64,000 nucleotides of DNA from assembly GCA_013239625.1 (NCBI GenBank), contig MU053629.1, forward strand, positions 4,739,567-4,803,566, read 5' to 3'. The position numbers and the translations under genes are program-made. Under the pieces are notes generated by a model that ran no database searches, was not told the origin of the DNA, and was given only the letters and a program-made list of their open reading frames with translations. The DNA is from Lama guanicoe. Its lineage: Eukaryota. This document shows, one piece after another, positions 60,483-64,000 of this stretch (position 1 is the first letter of the stretch; the number at the start of each line of letters is the position of its first letter).

Positions 60483-62681
60483 ATGGAGGCTCTCACCACT
60501 CAGCTGGGGCCGGGGCGCGAGGGCAACTCCTCACCCAACTCCAAGCAGGAGCTGCAGCCCTACTCGGGCTCCAGCGCTCTCAAACCCAACCAGGTGGGCG
60601 AGACGTCGCTGTACGGGGTGCCTATCGTGTCTCTGGTCATCGACGGCCAGGAGCGCCTATGCCTGGCGCAGATCTCCAACACTCTCCTCAAGAACTACAG
60701 CTACAATGAGATACACAACCGCCGCGTGGCCCTGGGCATCACGTGCGTGCAGTGTACGCCGGTGCAGCTGGAGATTCTGCGTCGGGCCGGGGCCATGCCC
60801 ATCTCGTCGCGACGCTGCGGCATGATCACGAAGCGCGAGGCCGAACGCCTGTGTAAGTCGTTCCTGGGCGAGCACAAGCCACCCAAACTGCCTGAGAACT
60901 TCGCCTTCGATGTGGTGCACGAGTGCGCCTGGGGCTCGCGTGGCAGCTTCATCCCCGCGCGTTACAACAGCTCTCGTGCCAAGTGCATCAAATGCGGTTA
61001 CTGCAGCATGTACTTCTCGCCTAACAAGTTCATCTTCCACTCGCATCGCACACCCGACGCCAAGTACACGCAGCCCGACGCAGCCAACTTTAACTCGTGG
61101 CGCCGACACCTCAAACTCAGTGACAAGTCGGCCACAGACGAGCTGAGCCACGCTTGGGAGGACGTAAAGGCCATGTTCAATGGAGGTACCCGCAAGCGGA
61201 CCTTCTCTCTGCAAGGAGGCGGCGGCGGCGGCTCTAATGGCGGGTCGGGTGGGCAGGGGAAAGGTGGTGCGGGCGGCGGCGGCAGCGGCCCGGGGTGCGG
61301 CGCGGAGATGGCCCCAGGCCCGCCGCCTCACAAAAGCCTGCGCTGTGGCGAGGATGAGGCCGGTGGGCCTCCGGGGCCGCCTCCTCCCCACCCGCAGCGG
61401 GGACTCGGTCTGGCGGCGGGAGCCGGCGGCCCCGCGGGCCCTGGTGGGCCTGGTGGCAGCGCGGGCGTACGCAGCTACCCGGTGATCCCAGTGCCCAGCA
61501 AGGGCTTTGGCCTCTTGCAGAAGCTGCCCCCGCCGCTTTTCCCTCATCCCTACGGCTTCCCCACGGCCTTCGGCCTCTGCCCCAAGAAGGACGACCCCGT
61601 GCTAGGCACTGGCGAACCCAAGGGCGGCCCAGGCACTGGGAGCGGCGGGGGCGGGGGCACCGGCGGAGGCACGGGCGGCCCAGGCACCGGCCACTTGCCG
61701 CCGGGGGCGGGGGCTGGCCCGAATGGCGGGGCCATGTTCTGGGGTCACCAGCCCTCCGGGGCAGCCAAGGACGCCGCGGCCGTAGCTGCAGCAGCTGCTG
61801 CAGCCACTGTATACCCGACGTTTCCCATGTTCTGGCCGGCGGCAGGCAGCCTCCCGGTGCCGCCCTATCCTGCCGCGCAGAGTCAGGCCAAGGCCGTGGC
61901 GGCTGCTGTAGCGGCGGCGGCGGCGGCGGCGGCGGCGGCTGCCGGTGGCGGCGGCCCTGAGCCCCTGGACGGTGCCGAGCCAGCCAAGGAGGGAGGCCTG
62001 GGCGCAGAGGAGCGCTGCCCGAGCGCGCTGTCCCGTGGGCCACTGGACGAGGACGGCATGGACGAGGCGCTGCCGCCACCGCTGGCTCCGCTGCCCCCGC
62101 CGCCCCCGCCGCCCACACGCAAAGGCTCGTACGTGTCGGCCTTCCGGCCTGTGGTCAAGGACGCCGAGAGCATTGCCAAGCTCTACGGCAGCGCCCGTGA
62201 CGCGTACGGGGGCGGGCCAGCTCGTGGGCCTGGGCCGGGCGCAGGGGCCGGCGGCGGCTACGTGAGCCCAGACTTTCTGAGCGAGGGCAGCTCAAGCTAC
62301 CACTCCGCCTCCCCCGACGTGGACACTGCTGACGAGCCCGAGGTGGATGTGGAGTCCAACCGCTTTCCCGACGACGAGGGCGCCCCGGACGAGGGCGAGC
62401 CCGGAGTGCCCGGCGCGCCCAGCACAGGAGGCGGCCCGGACGGCGAACAGCCCGCAGGGCCCCCGTCTACCACCTCTTCAGGCGCTGACGGCCCCACAGA
62501 CTCTCCCGACGGCGGCAGCCCTCGCCCCCGGCGCCGCCCGGGGCTACCCCCAACCAGCCGGTCCGCATTTGGGGACCTGGCGACCGACGACATGGTGCGG
62601 AGACCTGAGACGAGCCCGCCGAGCGGCGGCTATGAGCTGCGAGAGCCTTGCGGGCCGCTGGGGGGCCCCGCGCCCGCCAAG
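60483..62681 (+). CDS. SKOR1: SKOR1 large exon (acceptor at 60473): SKI/Sno/Dac domain, SAND-like SMAD4-binding domain, Gly/Pro/Ala-rich region; 733 codons from MEALTT
   Basis: ORF with LYGVPIVSLVIDGQERLCLAQISN...CIKCGYCSMYFSPNKFIFHSH. Acceptor tttctctgtttcgcAG, donor AAG|GTGAGC at 62681. Confidence 0.98.
61911..61943 (+). repeat. SKOR1: (GCG)9 GCT GCC polyalanine tract (11 Ala) in SKOR1
   Basis: Read directly from the sequence. Confidence 0.92.
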
Positions 62682-63745
62682 GTGAGCCCCGCGCCCCTGC
62701 GGCTGGTGGTGTCTCCTCGCTTATCCCTCGGCAGCTTGGGGATGTGGGGCGAGTCCTGGCCGGGTGGGGAGCCGGAATTTAGTTCTGAGCGGATGTTACA
62801 GCAGTAGGCCCCGGCTGCTCTCGGTAGGCCCAGCTTCGGGAGTGCCATGGACCCCCCGACTGAGGGTTTCATAAGATAGAAATGTGTGTGCTGTGTTTTT
62901 GTTGATGGGAATGGGGAGACAGGTAGAGACAGGCTGTCACACAGAGACAGATAGAAATACAATGGGTCTGGAGGGAGAAAGTGGAGGAGGGAAAGGGACC
63001 AAAAGCCAGAGAAAAGCGAGAAGGGCGTAGCACGCCCGCCTGGATGGGGATCAGAGCTCAGGGGAAGATGAGCGGGAAAGGAGGGGAGAGGGCGGCCTTT
63101 CCCCCAAACCGCAATACAGGGTACCCGGAACCTTCCTCTGACCCAAGTCGTAGATTTCCGAGTCTCTTCGAACTTGGGAACCTCAGGGTTCCTTGGAAGA
63201 AAACTGTCGAGACGGTTTTCGGGGCGAAAGAGGGGATCTCGGGTTGGCAGGGACGCGGGTTCGGGTGGGGTGTGTGTGTGTGCTGCTAAGCTGGAATCGT
63301 TGGCCGTTTGAAAATGGGTGCGCACACCTGTACATTTCCATTCGGTCCATTAAAATAGGAATCATTAGCCGCATGCTAAAGGAGTCATTTATGCCGAGGA
63401 CTGGGCGCGGGCGGGAGGGAAGATGACGAAAAGGAGGCCGGCAAAGAGGGTGGGGGCGGCTTTCAGCAGCCTTTGGCTTGGAAGCCGCTTCGTATTTCGG
63501 GTAATTTTCTCGAGGGCGGTAATAATTACTCGGGATCTACAGTGGTGATGCGGCCTCAGAGGGCGCAGGGCTAGGGCGCAGGGCTATGCCGCGTGCGTCA
63601 CGGCCGCCCGGGGTGCTCCGGTCCCGCGGGCAAACTGACCTCAGTCACCTCCTCAGGTTTCCTTCCGGCCGCGGTTCAGGGCTGGGCGGCACCGAGGCTC
63701 CGCCAAGCGCCCTCCTAACCGCCTGTCATTTCTCGGCCGCCGCAG

Positions 63746-63836
63746 GTGTACGCGCCCGAGCGGGACGAGCACGTGAAGAGCGCGGCGGCGGCGCTGGGGC
63801 CCGCGGCCTCCTACCTCTGCACCCCCGAGGCCCACG
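63746..63836 (+). CDS. SKOR1: SKOR1 next coding exon, 91 bp, VYAPERDEHVKSAAAALGPAASYLCTPEAH
   Basis: Acceptor ...cgcAG, donor G|GTAACG. Phase 0 continues ...PAPAK. Matches the recalled human VFAPERDEHVKS. The gene continues beyond the window. Confidence 0.94.
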
Positions 63837-64000
63837 GTAACGCCCCCAGCCCCCCTGCCAAGGTCGTAGGACAACCGTGATAGGAGGACCGCGGGCAGAG
63901 GGCCGGGGCCAGGGGAGGCCTGCGAGGAAAAACGGGAGGAGGAAAGAAAGAGCAGAGAAAACGAGAGAAAGAGGGAGAGGGAAAGAAAACCAGAGAAAGA

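Larger units (their letters stand above)
59700..62760. promoter_or_regulatory. CpG island over the SKOR1 proximal promoter and large exon
   Basis: Dense CpG, with CCCCGCCCC Sp/KLF boxes at about 59925-59940. Confidence 0.8.

Noticed and set aside
60657..62593. Long antisense ORFs (296, 294 and about 98 aa) over SKOR1
   Set aside because: Shadow ORFs expected from GC-rich codon usage. No independent domain or splice evidence.
62682..62807. C-terminal 41 aa of the 774-aa ORF (VSPAPLRLVV...MLQQ)
   Set aside because: Read-through into the intron past the AAG|GTGAGC donor. The real protein continues at 63746.
1..64000. CRISPR arrays, operons, rRNA or other prokaryotic or viral systems
   Set aside because: No repeat-spacer arrays or compact gene clusters. 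The sequence is explained as a mammalian MAP2K5-SKOR1 locus.

Overview
Mammalian genomic DNA, most likely a camelid (inferred from a tRNA-Ala-like SINE resembling vic-1). All on the + strand, the window holds the last three coding exons and 3'UTR of MAP2K5 (MEK5) at 4910-4971, 7847-7892 and 42703-42807, and the 5' part of SKOR1 (LBXCOR1/CORL1): a large SKI/SAND-domain exon (60473-62681) and the next exon (63746-63836) in a CpG-island complex. The rest is intron or intergenic DNA with L1, L2, MIR, MaLR-LTR, MER5 and SINE relics, plus many AT-rich, homeodomain-motif-dense blocks that look like enhancers. Almost all ORF-track entries are spurious. Most notable: (1) the MIR-derived SKOR1 'MALLCGLGQV' exon has an extra G that puts it out of frame, while an upstream CpG-island exon would splice in frame without an ATG; (2) a canonical-like and a split REST/RE1 site upstream of SKOR1; (3) a perfect PBX-MEIS decamer and TAATTA clusters, consistent with MAP2K5 introns hosting SKOR1 enhancers; (4) a near-perfect 227-bp tandem duplication; (5) three related young L1 3' insertions with target-site duplications (TSDs), one only about 44 bp. 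I found no evidence of a wholly new biological system. Comparisons with human proteins and repeat consensus sequences are from memory, and repeat boundaries are approximate.
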